From Hypanus sabinus (lineage: Eukaryota), in NCBI RefSeq assembly GCF_030144855.1, contig NC_082734.1, forward strand, positions 30,690,001 to 30,754,000: a stretch of DNA of 64,000 bases, in the 5' to 3' direction. The notes beneath the pieces were generated by a model, which worked only from the letters and a program-made list of their open reading frames with translations, made no database searches and was not told the DNA's origin. The translations under genes were made by a program, and so were the position numbers. Positions 1 through 12,224 of this stretch are shown in pieces. Position 1 is the first letter of the stretch. Every line of letters starts with the position of its first letter.

Positions 1-712
1 CCCTTTTAACACACTTTGTAACAACACCACCCACTGCTCTTTGGGCCACTTCTGATTCACTGCCACCTTTCAAAAAGCAAGAAATAACTATCAACATCCA
101 TCTCCTCGAATGGAGGTACTAACCTCAACTCCCGACTAACATTAAACCGCTCCTCTTGGTCTGACCCTTGAGCTCTTCGCTCTTGCCTTAACTTCTCCAT
201 ATCCAAGTCATGTTGCCTCTGTTTTGCTGCCTCCTCATACTCTCTCTCCTTCTCAGCTGCTTCCAGCTGTTTTAACTGAATTTCATGCTGTCTTTGTTTC
301 TCAGCTCTGTCCTGCTCTTTTTTTACCTCTAACTCCTTTAGCTGATGCTCCCGTTTCACCTCTAACTCCTTTAGCTGGAGGCATGCTCCCTTTGTTTGTC
401 GGCCCTTTCCTTCTCCTTCTCAGCTGCTTCCAGCTGCTTTAACTTAATTGCATGTTCCAACCTTAATTTCTCCAACTCTAACTGAGCCGTCCCACTAGCT
501 GGTACCTTTTCAGGGATATTTTCCAATACCTCAGCTGCAAACACATTCTTCCCAATATAATACTGAGTTATTGCCCTTCGCACCTCCCGCTTTTTCATTG
601 ACAACCTCACCTCTGCGAGGTTTAGTCCCTTTGCCAAATTTATCAAGTCCGATTTGGTGGCCGCCTCTAGCGCCTCCAGAGTCGGGTTTTCTATAAGTTC
701 ATCCACATCCAT
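1..712 (-). pseudogene. gag: Gypsy gag (coiled-coil region followed by an LVPPFEEMDVDSYFLLFER block, Gmr1-like), frameshifted
   Basis: ORFs 371-712 and 57-359 lie in different frames; E/K/R-rich coiled coil with internal duplications; the PxF...D.D.YF..FE motif resembles vertebrate Gmr1-like gag. Confidence 0.7.
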
Positions 713-801
713 CTTTGCTGGTTTCCCGTCTGGCTACCCACGTACCAGATCCAAGTTTGGACTTACAAGCCCGATTCACTGGCCCCCCAATTTGGTGTCA
801 A

Positions 802-821
802 ATCTCGAGATGAGAACCCCA
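802..821 (-). promoter_or_regulatory. Degenerate primer binding site (tRNA-Pro-like)
   Basis: TGGGGTTCTCATCTCGAGAT starts 3 nt inside the LTR end and resembles the tRNA-Pro PBS TGGGGGCTCGTCCGGGAT. Confidence 0.55.
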
Positions 822-824
822 AGT

Positions 825-1660
825 TGTTACATACCCCATAACTGGGTCACTTACCAGCAAAGATAGAGAGGTCCGTTGAAGTCTGATGGTACTATTTTTA
901 ACAATATTTATTGGTAAAAATACACAAAAATAATATCAATGCAAACATACAGATAATATACATCATCAATACTAAATCTAACAGTGCGGGTATGATAATA
1001 ATCAATAAGTAATAAGCTCTATCGTTGTCTAGGGGATAACGTATTGTCCGATGGAAATATAAAAGTCATTAGCTCATTCAGGCTGCAGCCTTTGGTTGGA
1101 GTCAAGAGAGACAGATGTTTTAAACTTGCCAGCTGTTCCTTTTTATGATGTCGATCCTTCGAGAGTTCCGTTTTTGTAGTCGGTCCTTTAGCTAAGCCGT
1201 TCCGTGGAAGCCCGCCAATTCCTAGGCCAAGGAAAAGGACACACGCGAGCCCCACCGGCTGTCGCTATTAAACGCTGTCACGGGATTTCTAGTGTTTCTC
1301 CGGGTGCGTCTCAAGGGGTTGTTCCCCAGACTCTCTTTTATCCTGACTCACAGGGTCTCAGATGTCAATCAGGTTGGGATGATGCAAGCCCTCCACTAAC
1401 CCCCCTCTGTTCATTCTCTGAGGGCTTCCATGAAGTACAGTACTCAATACACAATTCCGTCTCCAAGAGACAATGGCCGTTTCCTGTGGCTTTGTATCGC
1501 TGAGGGGCCCGGACATTCCAAACCGTTTCGTGGATTCTACGTGTCTTTCTCTCATTTCCTGGGTCTCCTGACCTGAATTAATAGTGATCTTGTGATTCTC
1601 AAAAAGGAGGGGGTTACTTTGTAGCCTTCGGCCCCTCAGAGTTGGAGCACAGGTGTAACA
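825..1660 (-). repeat. 5' LTR (~836 bp)
   Basis: Inverted termini TGTTACA (825) and TGTAACA (ending 1660); PBS immediately internal. Confidence 0.75.
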
Positions 1661-1679
1661 GTTGCAACATAACTTCTTG

Positions 1680-2110
1680 CCTCCAGCTCGAATAAAACCT
1701 TTCAACCACTACTCTGTCTTCTATGGGCAAGTCATTTCTAAATCCAAACAGCCAATTCACTGCGGAATCCAATGCATGTTAATCTTCCAGATTAGCCTCC
1801 CATCAGGGATTTAGTCAAATGCCTTCCTAAAATCCACGGACACAACATCCACTGCTCTACCGTCATTAATTTCTCTCATCACCTTATTATAAAACTTATT
1901 CAAGTTGGTAAGGCTGGACCTGACATGCTCAAAGCCATGCTGGCTCTCCCAAATTAGGCCATGGGTTTCTAAATGCTCATATATCCCATCAGTAAGGATT
2001 TTCCTACAACTGATAAGAGGCTCACCAGTCTATAGGTCCCAGGATTTTCTTCTGTTCCCTTCTTAAATAAAGGTACATTAGCCATTTACAAAATCCCCTG
2101 GGACTTCGGC
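1680..2110 (-). mobile_element. Old degenerate CR1 RT fragment (paralogous to ~8910-9176 + 10401-10590 and ~15210-15640)
   Basis: Reverse strand retains a D..KAFD-like RT segment; visibly homologous to the same block in later units. Confidence 0.65.
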
Positions 2111-2355
2111 TGTGCCCTGACAGGACATGAAGGCAAATCCTGAAAATTCTGGAAATAATCACCAGACATAGCGTGTTCTGTGAGTGTTTCAGCTTTTTTA
2201 ATTTTTGTTTTAGATTTCCAATATTTGTATTTTTTGATGTTCAGATTTCTACAACTGGTTGTAATAAAGATCTATGTCCTTACAGTACAGTGCTGATGAT
2301 GTTTATTGCTCAGAGTTACAGTGTAATACTGGGATTGTCCAGCTCTGGGCCATCA

Positions 2356-5300
2356 TATATAACCATATAACAATTACAACACAGAAACAGGCCATCTCAG
2401 CCCTCCTAGTCCATGCCGAATGCTTACTCTCACCTAGTCCCACTGACCTGCACTCAGGCCATAACCCTCCATTCCTTTCCTGTCCATATACCTATCCAAT
2501 TTTACTTTAAATGACAATATTGAACCTACTTCTACCACTTCTACTGGAAGCTCGTTCCACACAGCTACCACTCTCTGAGTAAAGAAATTCCCCCTCGTGT
2601 TATCCTTAAACTTTTGCCCCCAGACTCTCAACTCATGTCCTCTTGTTTGAATCTCCCCACTCTCAATGGAAAAAGTGTATCCACGTCAACTCTATCTATG
2701 CCCCTCATAATTTTAAATACCTCTATCAAGTCCCCCCTCAACCTTCTACACTCCAAAGAATAAAGACCTAACTTGTTCAATCTTTCTCTGTAACTTGGGT
2801 GCTGAAACCCAGGTAACATTCTAGTAAATCTTATCTGTACTCTCTCTATTTTGTTGACATCTTTCCTATAATTCAGTGACCAGAACTGTACACAATACTC
2901 CCAAATTCGGCCTTACCAATGCCTTGTACAGTTTTAACATTACATCCCAACTCCTATACTCAATGCTCTAATTTGTAAAGGCCAACATACCAAAAGCTTT
3001 CTTCACCACTCTACCCACATGAGATTCCACCTTCAGGGAACTATGCACCATTATTCCTAGATCACTCGGTTCTACTGCATTCTTCAATGCCCTACCATTT
3101 ATCATGTATGTCCTATTTGGATTATTCCTACCAAAATGTAGCGCCTCACACTTATCAGCATTAAACTCCATCTGCCATCATTCAGCCCACTCTTCTAACT
3201 AGCCTAAATCTCTCTGCAAACTTTGAAAACTTACTTCATTATCCACAACACCACCTATCTTAGTATCATCTGCATACTTACTAATCCAATTTACCAGCCC
3301 ATCATCCAGATCATTAATGTTTATGACAAACAACATTGGACCCAGTAGAGATCCCTGAGGCACACCACTAGTCACCAGCCTCCAACCTGATAAACACTTA
3401 TCCACCACTACTCTCTGGCATCTCCCATCCAGCCACTGTTGAATCCATTTTACTACTTCAATATTAATACCTAATGATTGAACCTTCCTAACTAACCTTC
3501 CGTGCGGAAACTTGTCAAAGGCCTTACTGAAGTCCATATAGACAACATCCACTGCTTTACCCTCGTCAACTTTCCTCAAAACCTCTTCAAAATATTCAAT
3601 AAGATTTGTCAAACATGACCTTCCATGCACAAATTCATGTTGACTGTGCCTATCAGACCCTGTCTATACAGGTAATTATATATACCATCTCTAAGAATAC
3701 TTTCCATTAATTTACCCACCACTGACGTCAAAGTGACAGGCCTATAATTGCTAGGTTTACTCTTAGAACCCTTTTTAAACAATGGAACCACATGAGCAAT
3801 ATGCCAATCCTCCAGCACCATCCGTGTTTCTAATGATATTTGAAATATTTCTGTCAGAGCCCCTGCTATTTCTACACTAACCTCCCTCAAGGTCCTAGGG
3901 AGTATCCTGTCAGGACCCGGAGATTTATCCACTTTTATATTCCTTAAAAGCGCCAATACTTCATTCTCTTTAATCGTCATAGTTTCCACAACTTTCCTAC
4001 TCATTTCCCTTACCTTACACGATTCAATATCCTTCTCCTTAGTGAATACCAAAGAAAAGAAATTGTTCAAAATCTCCCCCATTTCTTTCGGTTCTACACA
4101 TAGCTGTCCACTCTGATTCTCTAAGGGACCAATTTTATCCCTCACTATTCTTTTGCTATTAATATAACTGTGGAAACCCTTCAGATTTATTTTCACCTTA
4201 CTTGCCAAAGCAACATCGTATCTTCTTTTAGCTTTTCTAATTTCTTTGTTAAGATTCTTCTTACATTCTTTATGTTCCTCAAGTACCTCATTTACTCCAT
4301 ACTGCCTATATTTATTGTAGATATCTCTCTTTTTCCTAACCAAGTTTCCAATATCCCTTGAAAACCATGGCTCTCTCAAACTTTTAACCTTTCCTTTCAA
4401 CCTAACAGGAACATAAAGATTCTGTACCCTCAAAATTTCACCTTTAAATGACGGCCATTTCTCTATTACATCCTTCCCATAAAACAAATTGTCCCAATCC
4501 ACTCCTTCTAAATCATTTCGCATTGCCTCAAATTGAGCCTTTCTCCAATCAAAAATCTCACCCCTGGGTCCAGTCCTATCCTTCTCCATAATTATATTGA
4601 AACTAATGGCATTGTGATCACTGGACCCGAAGTGCTCCCCAACACATACCTCCGTCACCTGACCTATTTAATTTCCTAACAGAAGATCCAACACTGCCCC
4701 TTCTCTAGTTGGTTCCTCTATGTATTGCTGCAAAAAACTATCCTGCACACATTTCACAAACTCCAAACCATCCATCCCTTTTACAGTATGTGCTTCCCAG
4801 TCTATGCGTGAAAAATTAAAATCTCCCTCAATCACAACCTTGTGCTTGCTACAAATATCTGCTATCTCCTTACAAATTTGCTGCTCCAATTCTCGCTCCC
4901 CATTAGATGGTCTATACTACGTCCCTATAAGTGTTACTACACCTTTCCCATTCCGCAATTCCACCCAAATAGTCTCCCTAGACGAGCCCTCTAATCTATC
5001 CTGCCAGAGCACTGCTGTAATATTTTCGCTGACAAGCAACGCAACACCTCCGCCTCTTGTCCCTCCAATTCTATCACACCTGAAGCAACAAAATCCAGGA
5101 AAATTTAGTTGCCAATCACACCCCTCCTGCAACCATGTTTCACTAATAGCTACAACATCATATTTCCAGGTATCAATCCATGCTCTAAGCTCATCCACCT
5201 TTCTTACAATGCTCCTAGCATTAAAATAAATGCATTTAAGAAATTCTCCACCTCTACCTCTCTGTTTATCTCTAACAGTACAAAGAACTTTACTGTCTTC

Positions 5301-5396
5301 TTTTTCTTCCTTCTCCCATACAACTGTTCCTACTCTTTGGTTCCCCTCTCCCTTTATATCTAATTTAATTCCACTGGAGCCTCTCTAGCAAACCTA
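2356..5396 (-). mobile_element. CR1 LINE, 5'-truncated (~3.0 kb), disrupted ORF2 with APE endonuclease + RT
   Basis: DVVAISETW, GDFNF, SDH, NYRPVTLTS, DFSKAFD, GVPQGS and YADD motifs; ATATGGTT-type tail at 2356-2371; ATCA TSD at 2352-2355 and 5397-5400; empty site at ~15870. Confidence 0.95.
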
Positions 5397-5639
5397 ATCA
5401 GTGTTGTGTTTTCTTAAATCTCTGTCCTTGAATTAGAGAGTGGCATGTTGTACTGGTCTGTGTCCTCACTGGTCGGTGCTGTGCTTAGAATACAGTGCCA
5501 GTATTTTTACGGAAGTTTATCCTTATTACACAAACAGAAATTGCCATTCTACACTTTAAACATGGGTGGGAGGTCATTTCAACATCTCCCTGACAACATG
5601 ATTCAGGAAAGTCACTCCGCTCTTTTCTAAACCCTAAAG

Positions 5640-6260
5640 GACTTGGATCTGATTTCTCTGGAATTTTATAATAGGACAACTCTCTCATCCCTGGAACTGT
5701 CCTGTTGAATCCATTTAAGTGATCTGTTCTTCAGTCTGGGGACCAGAACTATCCCCTGTACTCCAGTGTGACCTCAACAATTCCTGTAAAACACAACAAT
5801 AATTCCCTATATCTAATCTCCAACCCACTTTCATAAAGACCAATATGCCATTTCCTTCTCAGTACACAAGATTAAATTCCATCTGCTATTCCTCTGCCTG
5901 GTGGTCCAGATGATAAAGATCATGTGTCTAAGACTATCCTCCTCACTATCTTCACATCTGCAGATTTTTGTGTCGTTTGTAAACTTGCTGATCACACCAA
6001 CTATATTAACATCCAAGTTGTTGATGTCTGCCACAAACAGAAAGGGTCTTAGCACCAATCTGTGCGACACACCACTGGTCACAGACTATCAACTCACCAC
6101 CACTACCCTCTGCTTCCCATAAGCCAAGCTGATTTTAGATCCGGTTTGCCACCTCACCCCACTGATAGGCTATGACTGTTTGGGCCGGACTCCCATGCCT
6201 GAAATGCTAACGTCCTCGTTGGAGTGTATGTAAACAACACTGCCCTCATCAATATACTTA
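5640..6260 (-). mobile_element. Old degenerate CR1 RT/3' fragment (paralogous to ~16600-17240)
   Basis: ORF 5831-6082 reads TSGVS..VL.P.LF...INNLD...ISKFTNDTKI (decayed RT). Confidence 0.7.
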
Positions 6261-6369
6261 TTTTCCACTTCAAAACTTTAGTGTGTGGGGCACCAGATCC
6301 AGTGGGCACCACAGGAGAGCCATAGGTCTGGTACAGTCAGCTTGTCCAGTGTGACGAATACAGGCCTGT

Positions 6370-6565
6370 GGTGAAAGCCCATCAGTGTCAGTAACTCCCT
6401 TTAGAGGAGCGAATCTGCCGTCCTTTCGCCAGCCTCAGTGTGACTCCAGGTCACAGTGGCGTGACGGACTCTTCTGTCCTCTGAAAGTCACTCCAGGAGG
6501 ACTGGAGATCGGGAGATGTTGGTATCCCTGCTGGCGATGCCCACACACTGGGAAAAGAATAAAAC
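6370..6565 (+). mobile_element. Ancient SINE-like remnant (resembles shark DeuSINE/SacSINE1-type sequence); paralog at ~11175-11345
   Basis: CCTTTAG.GGA.GAA(A)TCTGCCGTCCTT...GTGACTCCAG...CTGCCCTCTGAAA...GCGATGCCCACA; family assignment is from memory, not searched. Confidence 0.45.
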
Positions 6566-7018
6566 CATTCCCAGGAAGGTCTGGTGCAGATTAAGGCCAG
6601 TCAGGCCACACGGGGCAACACTGGTTATTCAGACCCATCCCCCATCGTCGCCTCACAGCCATATTATGTTCAGACTTGCTGTATGTGGATCAGAATGTGG
6701 TCTCTCGGTGGGTTGTGTTTGGCTTCAGCCAGCCACCGTGATTGCTCCCTTCAATCAATCAAAAATTTAGATTAAGGTAAAATTTCCTTATCTCCATGTT
6801 GTACATAGTTTGGTCATTTTACTTTGAACAGTACTTTGAACGCATCAAAAAGTATTCAGGGTTGCATGTGGTGAGACGGATGTGCTCTGATAGTAAATTT
6901 TACTTTGAGTATTAACATAATCTATTTTATAAGTGGATGGGGGTCATGTGGTCCTATTCACAAACTTATAGATGTACATAAAATTTAGTTTCGTACTGTT
7001 CTATAAAATTACTTTCAT

Positions 7019-7210
7019 CTTGGCGGGCTTTACAAATTTCAGAATTTTTGTGGTCTGGCAGTTAGTTTTAGAGCTCGTCTTGTTGCCCGTTCATTGGTGA
7101 AAAAGAGCGCTCTCTGATCGGGCATTTCCTTTGAGAATTAGGAAATCCCCAATCAGTTTAGGCAATTTACTCCCAATCAAGCACCGCTCTGCAGTCAACC
7201 AAGAGCGTAG
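7019..7210 (+). promoter_or_regulatory. Inverted degenerate copy of the H2A promoter, downstream of H2A
   Basis: CTTGGCGGGCTTTACAAATTTCAG...TCATTGG...CTGATCGG...CCAATC is colinear with the minus-strand H2A promoter CTTGGCGGGCTTTTCAAATTTCAG...TCATTGG...CTGATTGG...CCAATC. Confidence 0.6.
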
Positions 7211-7405
7211 GGCGACCGCCAAAGAAAAAATTCGGGACTGGGGCGGAGGCCGGGTTCAGAGAGAGCGGTCTACGTGCAGATAAATGTTCTAATTTTCAGG
7301 GGAGGAAAAGCGTTTTAGATTCAGAGTGTAAGACGCTACGACGCAAATCGGAAACACCCGGAGTCACCCCAGTCTGTATCAGCCCTTTTCTTAGACAATA
7401 TGGGT

Positions 7406-7421
7406 GGCTCTGAAAAGAGCC
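7406..7421 (-). terminator. Histone 3' stem-loop (H2A copy 1) with downstream HDE
   Basis: CCCAAA GGCTCTTTTCAGAGCC ACCCA, then purine-rich AAGAAAAGGGCTG. Confidence 0.95.
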
Positions 7422-7451
7422 TTTGGGTCTTTTAACTGACGTTTCACTTGT

Positions 7452-7856
<405 letters not shown>

Positions 7857-7894
7857 CTAATCAGAGAATGAGAAAATTGTTCCGCATTCGCCTT

Positions 7895-8083
7895 TTTTAT
7901 AGCTTTTGGTGGATTGCGGAAGGGCACTTATGATTGGTGCTGCAGCACTTTCTCCAATTGGTGATTTGGAAAAACCCAATCAGCGAGCTGTTCAATTCTC
8001 TAATGATCAGACGGCAGAGAGAGAAGCGCGGAAAATAACCGTCACTTAACAAAAGGACCTGAGGTTTGAAAAGCCCGACAAGG
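7895..8083 (-). promoter_or_regulatory. H2A promoter: TATAAAA, several CCAAT boxes, CHR/E2F-like motif
   Basis: TATAAAA 7895-7901 (-); ATTGG 7933; CCAATTGG 7954; CCAATCAG 7976; TTTGAA 8065. Confidence 0.75.
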
Positions 8084-9180
8084 GGGAAAAAAATTAAACT
8101 GTAGTCCAAAAAAAAGCAGTTAGCAATATCTGAGCGAGCATAAACTGCCCACAAGACCAGTCCTGTTCTGTCCGCACGGAAAGTGAATTAATTATATCAT
8201 AACTCTCTGGGAATGTATCCCCCTTTGTGAAAACACATCACATCATCGAAGGGTCTCTTCACAAACTACGGTGGAAGCACAGAAACAGCGATGTGACAAG
8301 TTAGTTTATTCTCATACAGATTCAGGGCATTTAGGAAACAGTATAGTGGAGTAATTGAGAGGCATTACTTCATAACTCGAATACAAACAACAGCAAACAC
8401 AAAAATCCTATTCAACTTCATTCATTGTCACCGAAAGTTCCACTGGGACAAGTGTTTGAAAATGGAGACCAACTAATGGAGAGGAGGGGGAAGTTCCATG
8501 TTAGTCCAGTGTGCAGGGACACTAGAATTTCAGCAGGTAGAGGGACGACTAATTGTCATCATCAAAATTCTGATAAACGTTATTTCCTAAGACAGAAATA
8601 TTGAAGCAGTTGCAGAAAAGTATTGTTGAAATATTAAGATAAATCTTTCTTGGAAAGATAGAGCCATTTGGGGTTTCAGCATCCTTTGGTGATATACTTG
8701 GAGCTGGTGTATTGTTCACCTTCTTTGTCCCTTCAAACACGGTGTAGTAGTCTTTGCCAGACTGCTACAGTATCCAGAACTCCAGAAATCTTGGTATCAT
8801 CCACAAATTTACTAACCCGCCCTTCTACATTTCATGCAGGCCATTTATATACATCGCAAACAGCCAAGGTTACAGCACAGATCCCTGCAGACCTCCACTA
8901 AATACAGACCTCCAGCTCGAATCGGTCCCTTCAACCATTACCCTCTGTCTTCTAGTGGCAAGCCAATTCTGATTCCAGACAGACAATTTGGAGCAGATCC
9001 CATGCATCTTAATCTTCTGGATTCATCTCCCATGAGGGAATTTGTCAATGCCAATGTCCGTGTACACAATATGAGCCTTACCCTCATCAATCTCTCTTGT
9101 TACCTAGTCAAACTCAGTCAAGTTGTTAAAACACGAACTGACATGCTCAAAGCAATGTTGGCTCTCCACAACTAGACCAT

Positions 9181-10400
9181 ATAACCATATAACAATTACA
9201 TCACAGAAACAGGCCATCTCAGCCCTTCTAGTCTGCGCCGAATGCTTACTCTCACCCAGTCCCACTGACCTGCACTCAGTCCATAACGCTCCATTCCTTT
9301 CCTGTCCATATACCTATCCGATTTTACTTTAAATGATAATATTGAAACTGCCTCTACCACTTCTACTGGAAGCTCATTCCACACAGCTACCACTCTCTGA
9401 GTAAAGAAATTCTCCCTCGTGTTACCCTTAAATTTTTACCCCCTAACTCTCAACTCATGTCCTCTTGTTTGAATCTCCCCTACTCTCAATGTAAAAAGCG
9501 TATCCACGTCAACTCTGTCTATGCCCCTCATTATTTTAAATACCTCTATCAAGTTCCCCCTCAACCTTCTATGCTCCAAAGAATAAAGATTTAATTTGTT
9601 CAACCTTTCTCTGTGACTTATGTGCTGAAGCCCAGGTAACATTCTAGTAAATCCTCTCTGTACTCTCTCTATTTTGTTGACATCTTTCCTATAATTCGGT
9701 GACCAGGACTGTACACAATACTGCAAATTTGGCCCTACCAATGCCTTGAACAATTTTAATATTATATCCCAACTCCTATACTCAATGCTCTGATTTATAA
9801 AGGCCAGCATACCAAAAGTTTTCTTCACCACCCTACCCACATGAGATTCCACCTTCAGGGAACTATGCACCATCATTCCTAGAACACTCTGTTCTACTTC
9901 ATTCTTCAATGCCCTACCATTTTCCATGTATGTCCTATTTTGATTATTCCTACCAAAATGTAACACCTCACACTTATCAGCATTAAACTCTATCTGCCAT
10001 CTTTCAGCCCACTCTTCCAACTGGCCTAAATCTCTCTGCAAGCTTTGAAAACCTACTTCATTATCCACAACGCCACCTATCTTAGTATCGTCTGAATACT
10101 TACTAATTCAATTTACCACCCCATCATCCAGATCATTAATGTATATGACAAACAGCATTGGACCCCGTACAGATCCCTGAGGCACACCACTAGTCACCGG
10201 CCTCCAAACTGACAAACACTTATCCACCACTACTCTCTGGCATCTCCCATCCAGCCACTGTTGAATCCATTTTACTACTTCAATATTAATACCTAATGAT
10301 TGAAACTTCCTAACTAACCTTCCGTGCGGAAACTTGTCAAAGGCCTTACTGAAGTCCATATAGACAACATCCACTGCTTTACCCTTGTCAACTTTCCTAG
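9181..10400 (-). mobile_element. CR1 LINE, 5'-truncated (~1.2 kb), same family as 2356-5396
   Basis: Same 3' UTR and tail; DFSKAFD and GVPQGS; probable CCAT TSD (9177-9180 / 10401-10404); site empty at ~15460. Confidence 0.92.
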
Positions 10401-11697
10401 CCATGGTTTCCAAATGTTCATATATATATATATATAGTATCCCTAAGAGGTTTCTCCAGCAATTTTCCAACAACTGAAGTGAGACTCGTCAGTCTATAGT
10501 TCCCAGGATTTTCTCGTTCCCTTCTTAAATGGAGGTACAACATTAGACCCTCACCAGTCCTTCAGGATCTCACCTGTGTCAAGAGAAGACATGAAGATAA
10601 TCCTGGAAATGCTGGAAATAATTACCAGATGTACTGTGTTATGTTAGTTTTTCAGAATTTTTTATTTTTGTTTTAGATTTTCAGTATCTGTCAATTTTTT
10701 TAAATGTTCACGTTTCTACAATTGGTTGTAGTACAGATCTATGTCCTACAGTACGATGCTGATGAGGTTTATCCGACACCAACTACATTAACATCCAAGT
10801 TGTTGATTTCTACCAGAAACCGAAAGGATCCTAGCCCCTATCAATGTGACACACCACACCACTGGTCACAAACGTAGAGTGAGAAGAACAGCTCTCCACC
10901 ACTACCCTGTGTCTCCCATAAGCCAAGCTGCTTTTAGATCCAGTTTGCACTTCATTTTGTATCTCATGGGTTCTGGTGGTTTGGATCAGACTCGCATGCC
11001 TGAAATGCAAAGGCCTCAGATAAGTCTATGTAAACAACACTGCCCTCATCAGCATGCTGTACTTACTTTCAACTTCTAAACATTTAGTGTGTGGGGGCCC
11101 AAAGGCAGTCGGCACCACAGCGAGTACCTACATTGGAATAAACAATTAGTCCGTTGTGATCTGTACTGCCTGTGGTGTAAACCCATCCGAATCAGTAATA
11201 CCCTTTAGGGGAGGAAATCTGCCGTCATTTCGCCAGCCTCTGTGCAACTCCAGGCACAGTGGTGTGACAGACCCTTCTCTGCCCTCTGAAGGACTGGGGA
11301 TTGGGAGACATTGCTGGCAATGCCCACACACCTTCAAAGAATTAAACCAATCCCAGGAAAGTCTGGCACAGATAAGGCCTTTCAGCCCACACGGGATAAC
11401 ACAGGTTGTTCAGACCATCCCCTCACACCCATGTAGGTTCAGACTTGCCGTGAGTGGATCAGAATTTTCACAATTTAGTTTTAATTAACTCGGTCTGAGA
11501 TCTACAATTCCAAGATCCTCAGTTCTAAGTAGAAATTAAATTATTTTCAGCGGCAGCTTATTTCGCCTTCGGTTCCACCAGCGGTGCCGGAGTCTGGGCG
11601 GGTTGAGATTGGCAAAAGCCAGCCACCGTAATTACTACCTTCATTCTTCTATTCAAAACGTTAGATAAATATAATAATTTTCATACGTCCAAACAAA

Positions 11698-11765
11698 CCA
11701 ATGACAAACTTGTTATCCTGAATCCTTCATTAGCATAGGGTGGAGCCACATTGCCGATTTAATCC
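11698..11765 (+). promoter_or_regulatory. H2B promoter: CCAAT, variant octamer ATTAGCAT, weak TATA-like GATTTAAT
   Basis: CCAAT 11698-11702; ATTAGCAT 11729-11736 at the position of the H2B octamer (canonical ATTTGCAT). Confidence 0.6.
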
Positions 11766-11814
11766 GCACTCCGAGTGAGTTCCGCATTTTCTGGGTCGGT
11801 AACTGACTGAAGAA

Positions 11815-12177
11815 ATGCCTGAAACCAAAGCTCCGAAGAAAGGCGCCAAGAAAGCCGTGTCCAAGGCCAAGGGCACCAAGAGGCGCAGGAGGTCGAGGAG
11901 GGAGAGTTACTCCATCTACGTCTACAAGGTGATGAAGCAGGTTCACCCCGACACCGGCATCTCCTCCAAGGCCATGAGCGTCATGAACTCGTTCGTGAAC
12001 GATATTTTCGAGCGCATCGCGCGCGAGGCTTCCCGCCTGGCCCATTACAACAAGCGGTCGANNNNNNNNNNNNNNNNNNNNNNNNNNNNNNNNNNNNNNN
12101 NNNNNNNNNNNNNNNNNNNNNNNNNNNNNNNNNNNNNNNNNNNNNNNNNNNNNNNNNNNNNNNNNNNNNNNNNNNNN
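11815..12177 (+). CDS. H2B: Histone H2B (Arg-rich N-tail variant); 3' part N-masked, end inferred
   Basis: [13 protein letters not shown]...[25 protein letters not shown]...NKRS; the end assumes the canonical 38 remaining codons; stem-loop follows. Confidence 0.9.
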
Positions 12178-12192
12178 NNNNNNNNNNNNNNN
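12062..12192. other. 131-N run
   Basis: Same length and boundaries as 31772-31902. Confidence 0.99.
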
Positions 12193-12208
12193 ACAAACCG
12201 AAAACAAC

Positions 12209-12224
12209 GGCTCTTTTAAGAGCC
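12209..12224 (+). terminator. Histone 3' stem-loop (H2B copy 1) with HDE GGAAGAGTTG
   Basis: GGCTCTTTTAAGAGCC followed ~15 nt later by a purine-rich element. Confidence 0.95.

Larger units (their letters stand above)
1..1660 (-). mobile_element. Gypsy/Ty3 LTR retrotransposon, 5' part (LTR + PBS + gag start), continuing off the left edge
   Basis: LTR 825-1660 with TGTTACA...TGTAACA termini, an adjacent PBS-like sequence, and a gag-like ORF reading leftwards. Confidence 0.8.

Noticed and set aside
2356-5396. Active, autonomous LINE
   Set aside because: ORF2 is broken into several frames and ORF1 is almost entirely missing; all CR1 copies here are defective
12178-12219. H2B C-terminal extension TNRKQRLF
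   Set aside because: Artefact of translating through Ns; this is 3' UTR containing the stem-loop
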